Shown here: positions 1-6,982 of the stretch, piece after piece
Numbering within the stretch: position 1 is the stretch's first letter
Layout: every line of letters begins with the position of its first letter
IMG/VR virus record: IMGVR_UViG_2585427736_000016
Origin: a virus
Lineage: Duplodnaviria > Heunggongvirae > Uroviricota > Caudoviricetes
Direction: 5' to 3' (one strand)
DNA length: 38,179 bases
Position numbers and translations under genes: made by a program
Notes under the pieces: model-generated
Seen by the model: the letters and a program-made list of their open reading frames with translations, nothing else
What the model was told of the DNA's origin: nothing
Database searches by the model: none

Positions 1-201
1 TTACCCATTGGCGCGGCTTAAGAGCTTATTTTTGAATTCACAATGGTCACGATATAACCATCTTGCTCGCCCGTGGATAACTTTGGCTTTTGGCAGGTCG
101 CCGGACTTAATCCGGTCATAGATGAAGGTTTTACCGAAGCCAGTATCGGCCATGATGAATTTCAAATCAACCAGTGAATCAGGCTGTAGTTCGTGTTGCA
201 T
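1..201 (-). CDS. xis: AlpA-family excisionase / transcriptional regulator (Xis-like), 66 aa from the ATG at 201
   Basis: Minus-strand ORF; translation ...DTGFGKTFIYDRIKSGDLPKAKVIHGRARW... resembles AlpA/Xis winged-helix proteins; GGAGAT SD about 9 nt upstream of the ATG; the track ORF starts earlier at a TTG (216). Stop codon at nt 1-3 abuts the int ATG at the other window end. Confidence 0.65.
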   Translation of the reverse strand: MQHELQPDSLVDLKFIMADTGFGKTFIYDRIKSGDLPKAKVIHGRARWLYRDHCEFKNKLLSRANG

Positions 202-243
202 GAGTGCTATCTCCAAATAGGGAATCGAACCTGCAAATCAGGT

Positions 244-266
244 AATAAAAAACCGCCATCAGGCGG
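244..266 (-). terminator. Candidate rho-independent terminator between the early-left genes and xis
   Basis: Minus-strand RNA forms CCGCC-UGAU-GGCGG (plus 253-266) followed by a 6-U run (plus A-run 247-252); overlaps the stop codon of the upstream small ORF. Confidence 0.45.
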
Positions 267-426
267 CTTGGTGTTCTTTCAGTTCTTCAATACAAATATT
301 GGTTACGTCTGCATGTGCTATCTGCGCCCACAGCATCCAGTGGGCATAGCAGTCGTTGATGTTCTCTGCTTCGATAACTCTGTTGAATGGCTCTCCATTC
401 CATTCTCCTGTGACTCGGAAGTGCAT
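259..426 (-). CDS. hypothetical protein, 55 aa
   Basis: Track ORF 259..441 trimmed to the ATG at 426, which has a GGAGAA SD about 9 nt upstream. Confidence 0.4.
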   Translation of the reverse strand: MHFRVTGEWNGEPFNRVIEAENINDCYAHWMLWAQIAHADVTNICIEELKEHQAA

Positions 427-461
427 TTGTGATTTCTCCAAAAGATGCTTGAGTGCGCTTC

Positions 462-761
462 TTATTCGATTCGCACACCTGGTATTTCGCCTTTTGAAAT
501 GGCTAAGTCATAAATTTGCGCGGCACTATACCCATCTCGCATCCATGAATCTAAGGCGCGAACAGCCTCGCTACGCTTTTTATCTTCTCTCTCATTTTTG
601 ATATCAACGAGGACATCAACGCAATTAAGGCATATGTGGATTTTGTCCTTACATTCGATCATGGCGGCTTTGCCATGATTTCCGCCACACAGTGAGCATA
701 AATCTTCAGGGTCTGGCTGGTATTTCTGTAACGTTAGAGGGTTGAATGTTGAACAGACCAT
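462..761 (-). CDS. hypothetical Cys-rich protein, about 99 aa
   Basis: Track ORF 462..773; the third in-frame ATG (761) has a GGAG SD; CxxC...CxxC pattern (CSLCGG...CLNC) suggests a small zinc-binding protein. Confidence 0.5.
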   Translation of the reverse strand: MVCSTFNPLTLQKYQPDPEDLCSLCGGNHGKAAMIECKDKIHICLNCVDVLVDIKNEREDKKRSEAVRALDSWMRDGYSAAQIYDLAISKGEIPGVRIE

Positions 762-918
762 AATCATCTCCATAAAACAAAACCCGCCGTAGCGAGTTCA
801 GATAAAAGAAATCCCCGCGAGTGCGAGGATTGTTATTGTCTTTTCTTCGTGCATTTGTCGCACTTTCGGCACCATCCAGATAGGCACATCCGTCCGCAAT
901 TAACACATATAGGCCACA

Positions 919-1197
919 TCATTTTTCCTCTTTTGGTTTATGAATCTGAATGGTCATGCCGCTTTGAGTGGTGACTACAATGACAGAACCAGGCTGAAGG
1001 CTGTTAAGATTGAATGCTTCGTAAAACGAATCCAATGCCAGTGCTTTTTTATTCTTTCTGTTCCACCAACGCCATCCCTTGCTACAGGCTACACTGACAA
1101 TCCACTGTCCACTCCTGTAAGCCATATAAAACCAGATGAGCAAAACCTGAAGGAAGGCTATCCAGTCAATAATTGTATATTTCGCGAAGGAGTCCAT
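919..1197 (-). CDS. hypothetical membrane protein, 92 aa
   Basis: ATG overlaps the upstream stop (TAATG); hydrophobic segment IIDWIAFLQVLLIWFYMAY. Confidence 0.5.
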   Translation of the reverse strand: MDSFAKYTIIDWIAFLQVLLIWFYMAYRSGQWIVSVACSKGWRWWNRKNKKALALDSFYEAFNLNSLQPGSVIVVTTQSGMTIQIHKPKEEK

Positions 1198-1715
1198 TAC
1201 TTCACCTCCTGCGGCGGTTCTGGTAGCGGCATCCAGTCGGTTACATTGCGGCTCTGTGTTTCAAAAAATTCATCACCATTGCGGACAATATCGAAAAACT
1301 CACCGTCTCGATATTGCGCATGAAGAACGAATGCGCCATCACATAAAATAATTACGTGCTGACCATCCTCTGGCATTCGCTCACTACAGCTTATCCAACC
1401 ATCCGGAGTTACCGGCACTGGCTTGGCGGTATAAAGCGGTGTTATATCTGCCCGAAAATTACATGCTTTATGCAGCCGCACCCACCGTTCGACTTCTGCT
1501 TTGTCAGAATACATACCAGTGAACGTGTTATATTCACGGTCAATTTGCGTGAATGTTACCTTCCACGCCACCGGCTCTGCTTCCAGTGACGCCAGTGCGA
1601 TACGAAACACATTGGCAAGCAGGCTGTCTGAAGATTGGTTATCGTGCGCCGGGTCGCTCAGGAAACCAGTGATGAATGATTTAATTTCCGCGTTTTCTCT
1701 GGTAATAGTGGTCAT
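1197..1715 (-). CDS. DUF551-like prophage protein, 172 aa
   Basis: Track ORF trimmed to the ATG at 1715 with AAGGAGAA SD; C-terminal ...DGWISCSERMPEDGQHVIILCDGAFVLHAQYRDGEFFD... is the recurring DUF551-type motif of enterobacterial prophage early regions. Confidence 0.55.
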   Translation of the reverse strand: MTTITRENAEIKSFITGFLSDPAHDNQSSDSLLANVFRIALASLEAEPVAWKVTFTQIDREYNTFTGMYSDKAEVERWVRLHKACNFRADITPLYTAKPVPVTPDGWISCSERMPEDGQHVIILCDGAFVLHAQYRDGEFFDIVRNGDEFFETQSRNVTDWMPLPEPPQEVK

Positions 1716-1716
1716 A

Positions 1717-1935
1717 TCAGTTCTCCTTATACGGATTAATTTTATTGTGCAGTGTGTTGAACGACGCCCATACCACGTCGTTATACAATTCAATAACTGG
1801 CTCAATTATTTTCCCGATTGCCCAGATAAAAATTAGCGGGGATATCGGTATCATCAACACGATAAACAGAATGAGAAACATGATTTCTATTGTCCTGCTT
1901 CTTCGCGGGTATTCTTTTCTGAATAATGTAGGCAC
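1717..1935 (-). CDS. small hydrophobic protein, 72 aa (GTG start)
   Basis: GTG start with AAGGAGAG SD 5-6 nt upstream; long hydrophobic stretch MFLILFIVLMIPISPLIFIWAIG. Confidence 0.45.
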   Translation of the reverse strand: MPTLFRKEYPRRSRTIEIMFLILFIVLMIPISPLIFIWAIGKIIEPVIELYNDVVWASFNTLHNKINPYKEN

Positions 1936-1936
1936 A

Positions 1937-2125
1937 TCACTCTCCTTTAGTGCGCAAGTGGTTTTTCCAGCGGTTTTGCGCCGCGCTGGGTTTGTTAAGA
2001 AAACACATCACGATATCAGCCGTGTTTGTGAACAATCCCATTCTGCGGTTACTGAGTTTTAACCATTGCTGGACGCCGCGCGCGTTTCTACAGGTCAAAA
2101 GAATTTTTGCTTTACGGTTTTTCAT
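1937..2125 (-). CDS. hypothetical protein, 62 aa
   Basis: ATG with AGGAGAA SD; ATGA start/stop overlap with the upstream gene. Confidence 0.5.
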   Translation of the reverse strand: MKNRKAKILLTCRNARGVQQWLKLSNRRMGLFTNTADIVMCFLNKPSAAQNRWKNHLRTKGE

Positions 2126-2304
2126 CGTTTTGTTCTCCTGCGTTTGCGTTTCTTTGCTGCTCGTCGTGCCGCTGCAATACCGGTATGGCGGCGCTTTGGT
2201 GCCGGAATGCCGCCATCAGTAGTAAAAAAATGCGTTTTTATGAGTGACATATCCGCCCAAAGGCGGATCGGATGCGGTAACAGGCCAACAAATGCCACCT
2301 GCAT
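2122..2304 (-). CDS. hypothetical protein, 60 aa, strongly basic C-terminus
   Basis: ATG with AAGGAGAA SD; C-terminus RRAAKKRKRRRTKR; start overlaps the upstream stop by 1 nt. Confidence 0.5.
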   Translation of the reverse strand: MQVAFVGLLPHPIRLWADMSLIKTHFFTTDGGIPAPKRRHTGIAAARRAAKKRKRRRTKR

Positions 2305-3185
2305 TACGAATTCTCCTTGTGCAGTTGCCTATTAACGTAATCCACAATTTCAGATGACAGTTCAAACGGCGATTTCATCGCGTCAATATCCAGGTTTCTG
2401 TCAATATGTCGGATTAAATCATTCAGGGTTTCAGCACGGATTCCAGATTCAGAAATGCTGTTTCTGCGGCGATCCTGAAGTTCAATCAGGAACTGCCGTA
2501 AAAGCGTCCACCACTCGCTGTCTATAACCGGCGAACGCATACCCAGCATTTTGTCAGCATCGGCAATCAGCTTTGTCAGCCCCTTATCGCTTATTCTGGT
2601 TTGCTGGTTCGCTTTTGTTTCCAGTTCTGCTATGTGCTTCTCTGCGGCTTCCAGCTTCTCGCGCATATCGTCAACGTACTCGACCAGAGAACCGCCAGCA
2701 GGAATTTCGCACTCCTCGACCAGTTGGAAGTAGATATCAGCTGCGGCCCGTGTGTTGCTATGCCTAGCGTCGCCCATCTCACCTTCACGAAGAGCATCGC
2801 GTTCGGCGGTAAGATTGGCTATTTTGCTGTCTTTGCCTTCCAGCTCAACGCGCAGCTTCCCTACCGTTAGCGCAATATCCTCGTTCTCCTTGTCGCGGGA
2901 TTTGATGTATTGCTGGTTTCTTTCCCGTTCATCCAGTAATGCTAGAACTTCCGGGTCGCTAACATCGATAACAGTGACGCGGGACAGCCCATAATGGTCA
3001 TCTGCGATACTGCGGCCTTCTGCGTAGTAGCAACCTTTGTCGTCGTAGGTTGCGCCTGTACATCCATACGTGATGTGTCTGCCACATATACGCTGCACTG
3101 TCATTTCATCACCACAAATGCGGCATTTTGGTACTGGTTGCTGTGAATAACGCTCACGCAGTTCCTGATAGTTAATTTCTCTCAC
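2304..3185 (-). CDS. hypothetical early protein with N-terminal zinc ribbon and central coiled coil, 293 aa
   Basis: GTG start overlapping the upstream stop (GTGA); CRICGDE...CGRHITYGC Cys cluster, then long charged heptad-like region (LTVGKLRVELEGKDSKIANLTAERDALREGE...). Confidence 0.6.
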   Translation of the reverse strand: MREINYQELRERYSQQPVPKCRICGDEMTVQRICGRHITYGCTGATYDDKGCYYAEGRSIADDHYGLSRVTVIDVSDPEVLALLDERERNQQYIKSRDKENEDIALTVGKLRVELEGKDSKIANLTAERDALREGEMGDARHSNTRAAADIYFQLVEECEIPAGGSLVEYVDDMREKLEAAEKHIAELETKANQQTRISDKGLTKLIADADKMLGMRSPVIDSEWWTLLRQFLIELQDRRRNSISESGIRAETLNDLIRHIDRNLDIDAMKSPFELSSEIVDYVNRQLHKENS

Positions 3186-3604
3186 TGGCTGCCTCCTTTG
3201 CGAAGCTCTGCAGCGAAATATACAGCTGCGGAAACAATAGCTGCATGTCGGTATTCACCATCAGAAAAGAGAGAATCTCCCTTAAGTGCATTGACGATAC
3301 TCTGATGATTTTTTGCCAGCATCTCCACACCCTGCGCCCGTACTTCAGCCAGGAAAGCATCGGTGGCTGGGGTTTCCGTGAAGTTGTCCTCCCAACCGTA
3401 GTACTCCTGACGACAGAAGTTATTAAATTCCTTCTCCGACTGTTTAAGCGCCGCATTCTCCGCTGCCAGCGCCGCGCACTTGGCCTTCGCTTCAGCAAAT
3501 TTACGCACCAGATATTCAGCGTTTGTTTCGTTAACCTTTAAATCTCGTGGGATGCATTTACCTTTCAGAAAACCATCCATTTCAATTAGTGACATTTGTT
3601 TCAT
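3182..3604 (-). CDS. hypothetical early protein, 140 aa (Ead/Ea22-like by position and composition)
   Basis: ATG overlaps the upstream stop (ATGA); Ala/Lys-rich helical protein. Confidence 0.55.
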   Translation of the reverse strand: MKQMSLIEMDGFLKGKCIPRDLKVNETNAEYLVRKFAEAKAKCAALAAENAALKQSEKEFNNFCRQEYYGWEDNFTETPATDAFLAEVRAQGVEMLAKNHQSIVNALKGDSLFSDGEYRHAAIVSAAVYFAAELRKGGSQ

Positions 3605-3783
3605 TTCTTCCCACTCCGCAACATCGCATTTAGATATTTGTTTTGATTCACTGACGGAAAAGAATTTCTCTTAAGCAATTCCTCTCTCGATGGCATTGGC
3701 TTTACGCGTTGGCGAATAATCATTTCTGCCGGAAGAATGCTGGGATTGTATGCAAGTCCTCTCATGGTAAATTCCTCAGTCAT
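3601..3783 (-). CDS. hypothetical protein, 60 aa
   Basis: Track ORF 3601..3915 trimmed to the ATG at 3783, which overlaps the stop of the upstream gene (ATGACTGA). Confidence 0.4.
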   Translation of the reverse strand: MTEEFTMRGLAYNPSILPAEMIIRQRVKPMPSREELLKRNSFPSVNQNKYLNAMLRSGKK

Positions 3784-4069
3784 TACTGATAGCGCCATAG
3801 CGTGAGCGGTAATTACGCAGGCGCGGGTCAATTTCAGGGAAGTGGGTATATGTGGCTTTGCGGAATGGTCTGATTGATGTCTGGTAAATTCGCTCGCGTT
3901 CTTCTTTCTCTGCAAGCCATATACAATGGCGAAATTCCTTTTCCTCTTTCGTTTCCTGCGGTAGCGACATTATCCGATCGTAGTTTTTTCTGAATTTATC
4001 CAGCACCTCCGATACGGAATTGCCGGAACAGCGGCGCGGGTCATCCGCACCATACAGAGGCGCTGGCAT
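3776..4069 (-). CDS. hypothetical protein, 97 aa
   Basis: ATG at 4069 with AAGGA SD; lies 23 nt downstream of the ssb-like gene. Confidence 0.5.
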   Translation of the reverse strand: MPAPLYGADDPRRCSGNSVSEVLDKFRKNYDRIMSLPQETKEEKEFRHCIWLAEKEERERIYQTSIRPFRKATYTHFPEIDPRLRNYRSRYGAISND

Positions 4070-4092
4070 AATGGAATCCTTATGTTGCTACT

Positions 4093-4476
4093 TTAGAAGG
4101 GAATTGAATCGTCGTATTCAGGAGTGTTCTGCTGGTTACTACTTTGCTGCTGCGGGCCATTTCCTGAAGTTGCAAATCCAATCTTTGCATTCAGTAATTC
4201 AAGAGTGATTGATTGACCATTTTGCCCCTGATAAACATCAACCCTGATGTTTTCTCCGGTAATTTCCACAATGCCACCTTCAACAAGAACACTACGGTAG
4301 TAATCCGCTTGCGCTCCCGGCTTGGCAAATACAACGGCGCTGTAGTTTGTCCATTCTTTCTTTTTTGTCTGGCGATCGTAATACTGAACGCCAGCACGGA
4401 TGTTGAATCCGATATTTTCCCCGGCCTGAAACTCTCTTGCGGGCTTGTTTAGTCTTACAGTAATCGAATGTGCCAT
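4093..4476 (-). CDS. ssb: phage single-stranded DNA-binding protein (short OB-fold SSB with acidic C-terminal tail), 127 aa
   Basis: Track ORF trimmed to MAHSIT (ATG 4476); C-terminus ...PEYDDSIPF matches the conserved SSB partner-binding tail (D-D-x-IPF); start overlaps the erf stop (TAATG). Confidence 0.6.
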   Translation of the reverse strand: MAHSITVRLNKPAREFQAGENIGFNIRAGVQYYDRQTKKKEWTNYSAVVFAKPGAQADYYRSVLVEGGIVEITGENIRVDVYQGQNGQSITLELLNAKIGFATSGNGPQQQSSNQQNTPEYDDSIPF

Positions 4477-5081
4477 TAAGCAGCCGCTCCTTCTAATTCG
4501 TCTCGTCTGATGTTGTAAACGTCCTGCGCTTTGTGCTGCTCCGGTGTGCCTTCGAGCATCTTCCACGCTTTGGCGAACGCCTGTTTAAGCTCTTCTACGG
4601 TGTTTTTCTGCATTGCTGCGTCAGTGAATGCTTTTAGAACCTGTTCAGGTGTAGGTGATGGTTTTGATTGCTTTGCTGCTGCGTTCTGCTGATGTTTATG
4701 CTCGTTTGTATCTGCATCTTTCGCATCATCAATGCCGAGCAAACCATTGAGGCAATACTTGCGTGCATAAGAGCTTGTGGCTCCAGTAACTTGTGCAGAA
4801 TCCATTCCTTTCTTGCTTTCTTCCTCTCGTGCAAGAGCGGTTGCCGTATGACTGTTTTCGCCATCGGTAATAGTTGCCGTGGCTTTCACGTAATACCGAT
4901 CACCAATCAACACAACTTCATCGCTGATTGATAAAAACAGGCCATTCAGTAACGGCTTAACGCCTTCAAGAATGTCTTCGCAGCTTCTGTATTTATATTT
5001 ACCGAATGAGTTGTACTGATTCTTTGGCGCGTTCAGATTCTCCTGAATAGCTGCCAGTCTTGCGTAAAATTCTTTGCTCAT
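4476..5081 (-). CDS. erf: Erf-family single-strand annealing recombinase, about 201 aa
   Basis: Translation from MSKEFYARLAAIQENLNAPKNQYNSFGKYKYRSCEDILEGVKPLL... matches the P22 Erf N-terminus as recalled; track ORF starts 10 codons earlier at a TTG. Confidence 0.8.
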   Translation of the reverse strand: MSKEFYARLAAIQENLNAPKNQYNSFGKYKYRSCEDILEGVKPLLNGLFLSISDEVVLIGDRYYVKATATITDGENSHTATALAREEESKKGMDSAQVTGATSSYARKYCLNGLLGIDDAKDADTNEHKHQQNAAAKQSKPSPTPEQVLKAFTDAAMQKNTVEELKQAFAKAWKMLEGTPEQHKAQDVYNIRRDELEGAAA

Positions 5082-5091
5082 ATGATTGTTC

Positions 5092-5262
5092 TCAGAACGG
5101 ACACGGCCCAAGGAAATAACGCTGATTTAATACTTCAGTCTTTGCCGCATTTAAAAATACGCGAACACCTTCACGATCTCCCTTCTGGCGATACATTAAC
5201 GCCTGCTGCGTGTACATGCGTCTCTGTAACTTGCTCTCCTTCACTGTGGTTGCAAGTGACAT
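5092..5262 (-). CDS. small ORF in the arf position upstream of erf, 56 aa
   Basis: Hand-translated (MSLATTVKESKLQRRMYTQQALMYRQKGDREGVRVFLNAAKTEVLNQRYFLGPCPF), below the track size cutoff; AAGGAGAT SD 7 nt upstream of the ATG at 5262. Confidence 0.4.
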   Translation of the reverse strand: MSLATTVKESKLQRRMYTQQALMYRQKGDREGVRVFLNAAKTEVLNQRYFLGPCPF

Positions 5263-5341
5263 GAATATCTCCTTCGTTACCGATTAAATCTTTCATTTGA
5301 CGAATGAATTCTTCGTCTGACCAGTTATCTGTAAAACTCAT
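5171..5341 (-). CDS. small ORF in the kil position, 56 aa
   Basis: ATG at 5341 overlaps the cIII stop (ATGA); overlaps the arf-position ORF by 92 nt in another frame, so one of the two calls may be wrong. Confidence 0.35.
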   Translation of the reverse strand: MSFTDNWSDEEFIRQMKDLIGNEGDIHVTCNHSEGEQVTETHVHAAGVNVSPEGRS

Positions 5342-5508
5342 GGACGGCCTTGTTGTTTCAAAATATCCCAAAGCTTTTCGAGCAAACTTTTCATTCTTGG
5401 TTGTTTAAAGTCTGCTCCGGTTAAAATATTTTTTCGTGAATGCTGTACCGATAAAATCGGGTTGAAAGGGCGAACCGATGCCGCCCCTGCAATAGCGAAC
5501 TGTTGCAT
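5338..5508 (-). CDS. cIII: CIII-like regulator (FtsH/HflB protease inhibitor), 56 aa
   Basis: MQQFAIAGAASV...KSLLEKLWDILKQQGRP resembles lambda CIII (MQYAIAGWPVAG...ITRKLRDGWKRLIDILNQPG) as recalled; AAGGAG SD. Confidence 0.8.
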   Translation of the reverse strand: MQQFAIAGAASVRPFNPILSVQHSRKNILTGADFKQPRMKSLLEKLWDILKQQGRP

Positions 5509-5572
5509 AGGATGCTCCTTATATTTGATTGCATAACGAAAACGCCTCAAGTGAAGCGTTATTGGTATGCAT

Positions 5573-5598
5573 ATAAAAAAGCCCTCACACTGGAGGGC
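5573..5598 (-). terminator. rho-independent terminator in the PL operon upstream of cIII (tL-type)
   Basis: Minus-strand RNA GCCCUC-cagugu-GAGGGC followed by UUUUUU (plus A-run 5575-5580). Confidence 0.6.
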
Positions 5599-5734
5599 AA
5601 AGAAGATTTCCAATAATCAGAACAAGTCGGCTCCTGTTTGGTTACGAGCGACATTGCTCCGTGTATTCACTCGTTGGAATGAATACACAGTGCAGTGTTT
5701 ATTCTGTTGTTTATGCCAAAGATAAAGGCCACTA

Positions 5735-5832
5735 TCAGGCAGCTTTGTTGTTCTGTTTACCAAGTTCTCTGGCAATCATTGCCGCCGCTCGTATTGCCCA
5801 CACCATTGATTCTTATCAATAGTCGTAGTCAT
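5735..5832 (-). pseudogene. ral: ral (restriction alleviation) remnant broken by an internal out-of-frame deletion
   Basis: One frame gives MTTTIDKNQWCGQ then YERRQ-stop (5832..5776); the other frame on overlapping DNA gives ...WAIRAAAMIARELGKQNNKAA-stop (5806..5735). Both match the N- and C-terminal parts of lambda Ral as recalled. Confidence 0.5.
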
Positions 5833-5902
5833 ACGGATAGTCCTGGTATTGTTCCATCACATCCTGAGGATGCTCTTCGAACTCTTCAAATTCTTCTTCC
5901 AT
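5816..5902 (-). CDS. 28-aa highly acidic Tyr-rich micro-ORF
   Basis: Hand-translated MEEEFEEFEEHPQDVMEQYQDYPYDYDY; GAGGTG SD 6 nt upstream; ends in tandem stops TGA-TAA and shares its frame with the ral C-terminal fragment. Confidence 0.35.
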   Translation of the reverse strand: MEEEFEEFEEHPQDVMEQYQDYPYDYDY

Positions 5903-5956
5903 ATATCACCTCAAATAAGTTGTTTGCTGCGAAAGTAAATACGCTTAAGTTACCTG

Positions 5957-6094
5957 TTATTTATCCCACCAAGTTCCGTATCTATCTATCCAGTTACACC
6001 AATCATCGACACTCCATTTTGTTGTGTCGCATTTTGGCAACTGGCATGAATATCTACCTTCTTTGTAAAGTCGGCGTTTGACTTTCTTGAGCAT
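5957..6094 (-). CDS. hypothetical small Cys/Trp-rich protein, 45 aa
   Basis: Hand-translated MLKKVKRRLYKEGRYSCQLPKCDTTKWSVDDWCNWIDRYGTWWDK; GAGGTGAG SD; begins 8 nt after the N stop. Confidence 0.45.
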   Translation of the reverse strand: MLKKVKRRLYKEGRYSCQLPKCDTTKWSVDDWCNWIDRYGTWWDK

Positions 6095-6102
6095 GGCTCA
6101 CC

Positions 6103-6408
6103 TCAATCGTAATAAGCTGGAATTGATTTTCCGCGTTGCTTCTGGCGACCAACACAAGTCACACCCATTTCACTGCGTGGCTTGCTGTAGTAAATACGGT
6201 TCTGTTTACGTTCGACTTCTTCTGCCTTCTTGCAGCGAAGGCTTCCGAGTGATGCTGCTTTATCTGCTCTGACGCAACCAGAGAGCTTTAGCGCAATTTT
6301 TCGCGCCAGTCGCTGCTCTTGCATTGCCTGTTCACGTTGAGCCTGTCTGCGTGCTCTGCGGCGATTTCTGGCGTTATCGTCAGCCAGATATGTAATGACT
6401 ACTGTCAT
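6103..6408 (-). CDS. N: N-type transcription antiterminator, 101 aa
   Basis: Arginine-rich N-terminus (NARNRRRARRQAQREQ) and C-terminus ...RKQNRIYYSKPRSEMGVTCVGRQKQRGKSIP resembling lambda N (...RKNQRTWYSKPGERGITCSGRQKIKGKSIP) as recalled; GGAGG SD; first gene after PL and nutL. Confidence 0.75.
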   Translation of the reverse strand: MTVVITYLADDNARNRRRARRQAQREQAMQEQRLARKIALKLSGCVRADKAASLGSLRCKKAEEVERKQNRIYYSKPRSEMGVTCVGRQKQRGKSIPAYYD

Positions 6409-6720
6409 GTTGACCTCCGATGAAACAACTTTGGAATTGATAGTGATTGCAAAGTGGTTTCTGGCCCCTCGAACTGAGGGGCAGAAAGAGCATCTCGCCA
6501 CCTAATAGGTCGATGCTCGGATCGAGAGATTTAATTAACCTCGGTTTTGAAGTTATGCATTCACATAAATCCTCCTACCTCTTGTGCAGCTTTCTTGAAT
6601 ATGGTGGCGGCTGCATAACGCCTATGGAATTGACTTTGGCGGTGACGCGCCGGGTGCTTATCTTCCGGTTGCCGTCGTGCAGCTGCACTTCACGTCACCC
6701 CAAAGCCAACTACTCTTTGG

Positions 6721-6764
6721 TTCCCGCATTTCGGCGGGACAATCCCATCAATGTTAAAGAGCCT
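6721..6764 (-). promoter_or_regulatory. nutL (boxA GCTCTTTAAC plus boxB hairpin)
   Basis: Minus strand carries GGCTCTTTAAC then hairpin CCCGCCGAAATGCGGGAA; the same boxA 10-mer and an 18/18-identical boxB recur at nutR downstream of cro. Confidence 0.75.
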
Positions 6765-6804
6765 GCCAATCTGTTCCGTTTGGCTACCAGCGTCCTGCTG
6801 ATGG

Positions 6805-6900
6805 CTAAAGAGTACTGTAGGTATTTTATTGTGTAAATACCCAAGGTATTTATTTTTGGTGAAATAATGATAAGCAAATGAATACAAAGGATATTTATTT
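6805..6900 (-). promoter_or_regulatory. OL operators and PL promoter region
   Basis: Three 15-bp dyads of type A(A/G)TAC-N5-GTATT (AGTACtgtagGTATT, AAATACccaagGTATTT, GAATACaaaggATATT) matching the two OR dyads; candidate -35 TTTACA and -10 about 17 bp downstream on the minus strand. Confidence 0.5.
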
Positions 6901-6982
6901 TTTTCGGTGTCTGCTTGTTCAGTGCTTTTTATGCGGGATATGTGAAGTGGATCCCGATAGCTATTGCTGCCGGGATTATGGG

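Noticed and set aside
217-240. Possible tRNA gene
   Set aside because: Only a T-arm-like segment is present; no acceptor stem, anticodon arm or CCA end, so it is not a tRNA gene. Retained as a motif observation only.
193-432. 79-aa plus-strand ORF overlapping xis and the adjacent early gene
   Set aside because: Antisense to two well-supported minus-strand genes, no SD, low-complexity translation; most likely a chance frame.
5695-6081. 128-aa plus-strand ORF antisense to the PL operon
   Set aside because: Runs against N-downstream genes and the ral remnant, has no ribosome-binding site, and its translation is hydrophobic low-complexity typical of antisense frames.
6464-6500. GCCCCTC hairpin plus TGCTCTTTC initially considered as nutL
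   Set aside because: A far better nutL with boxA and boxB identical to nutR lies at 6721-6764; the hairpin is kept only as a possible processing site.
6447-6887. Two ORFs (129 aa plus strand, 65 aa minus strand) covering the PL leader, nutL and operators
   Set aside because: They overlap the operator dyads, promoter and nut site; the region is better explained as regulatory DNA.
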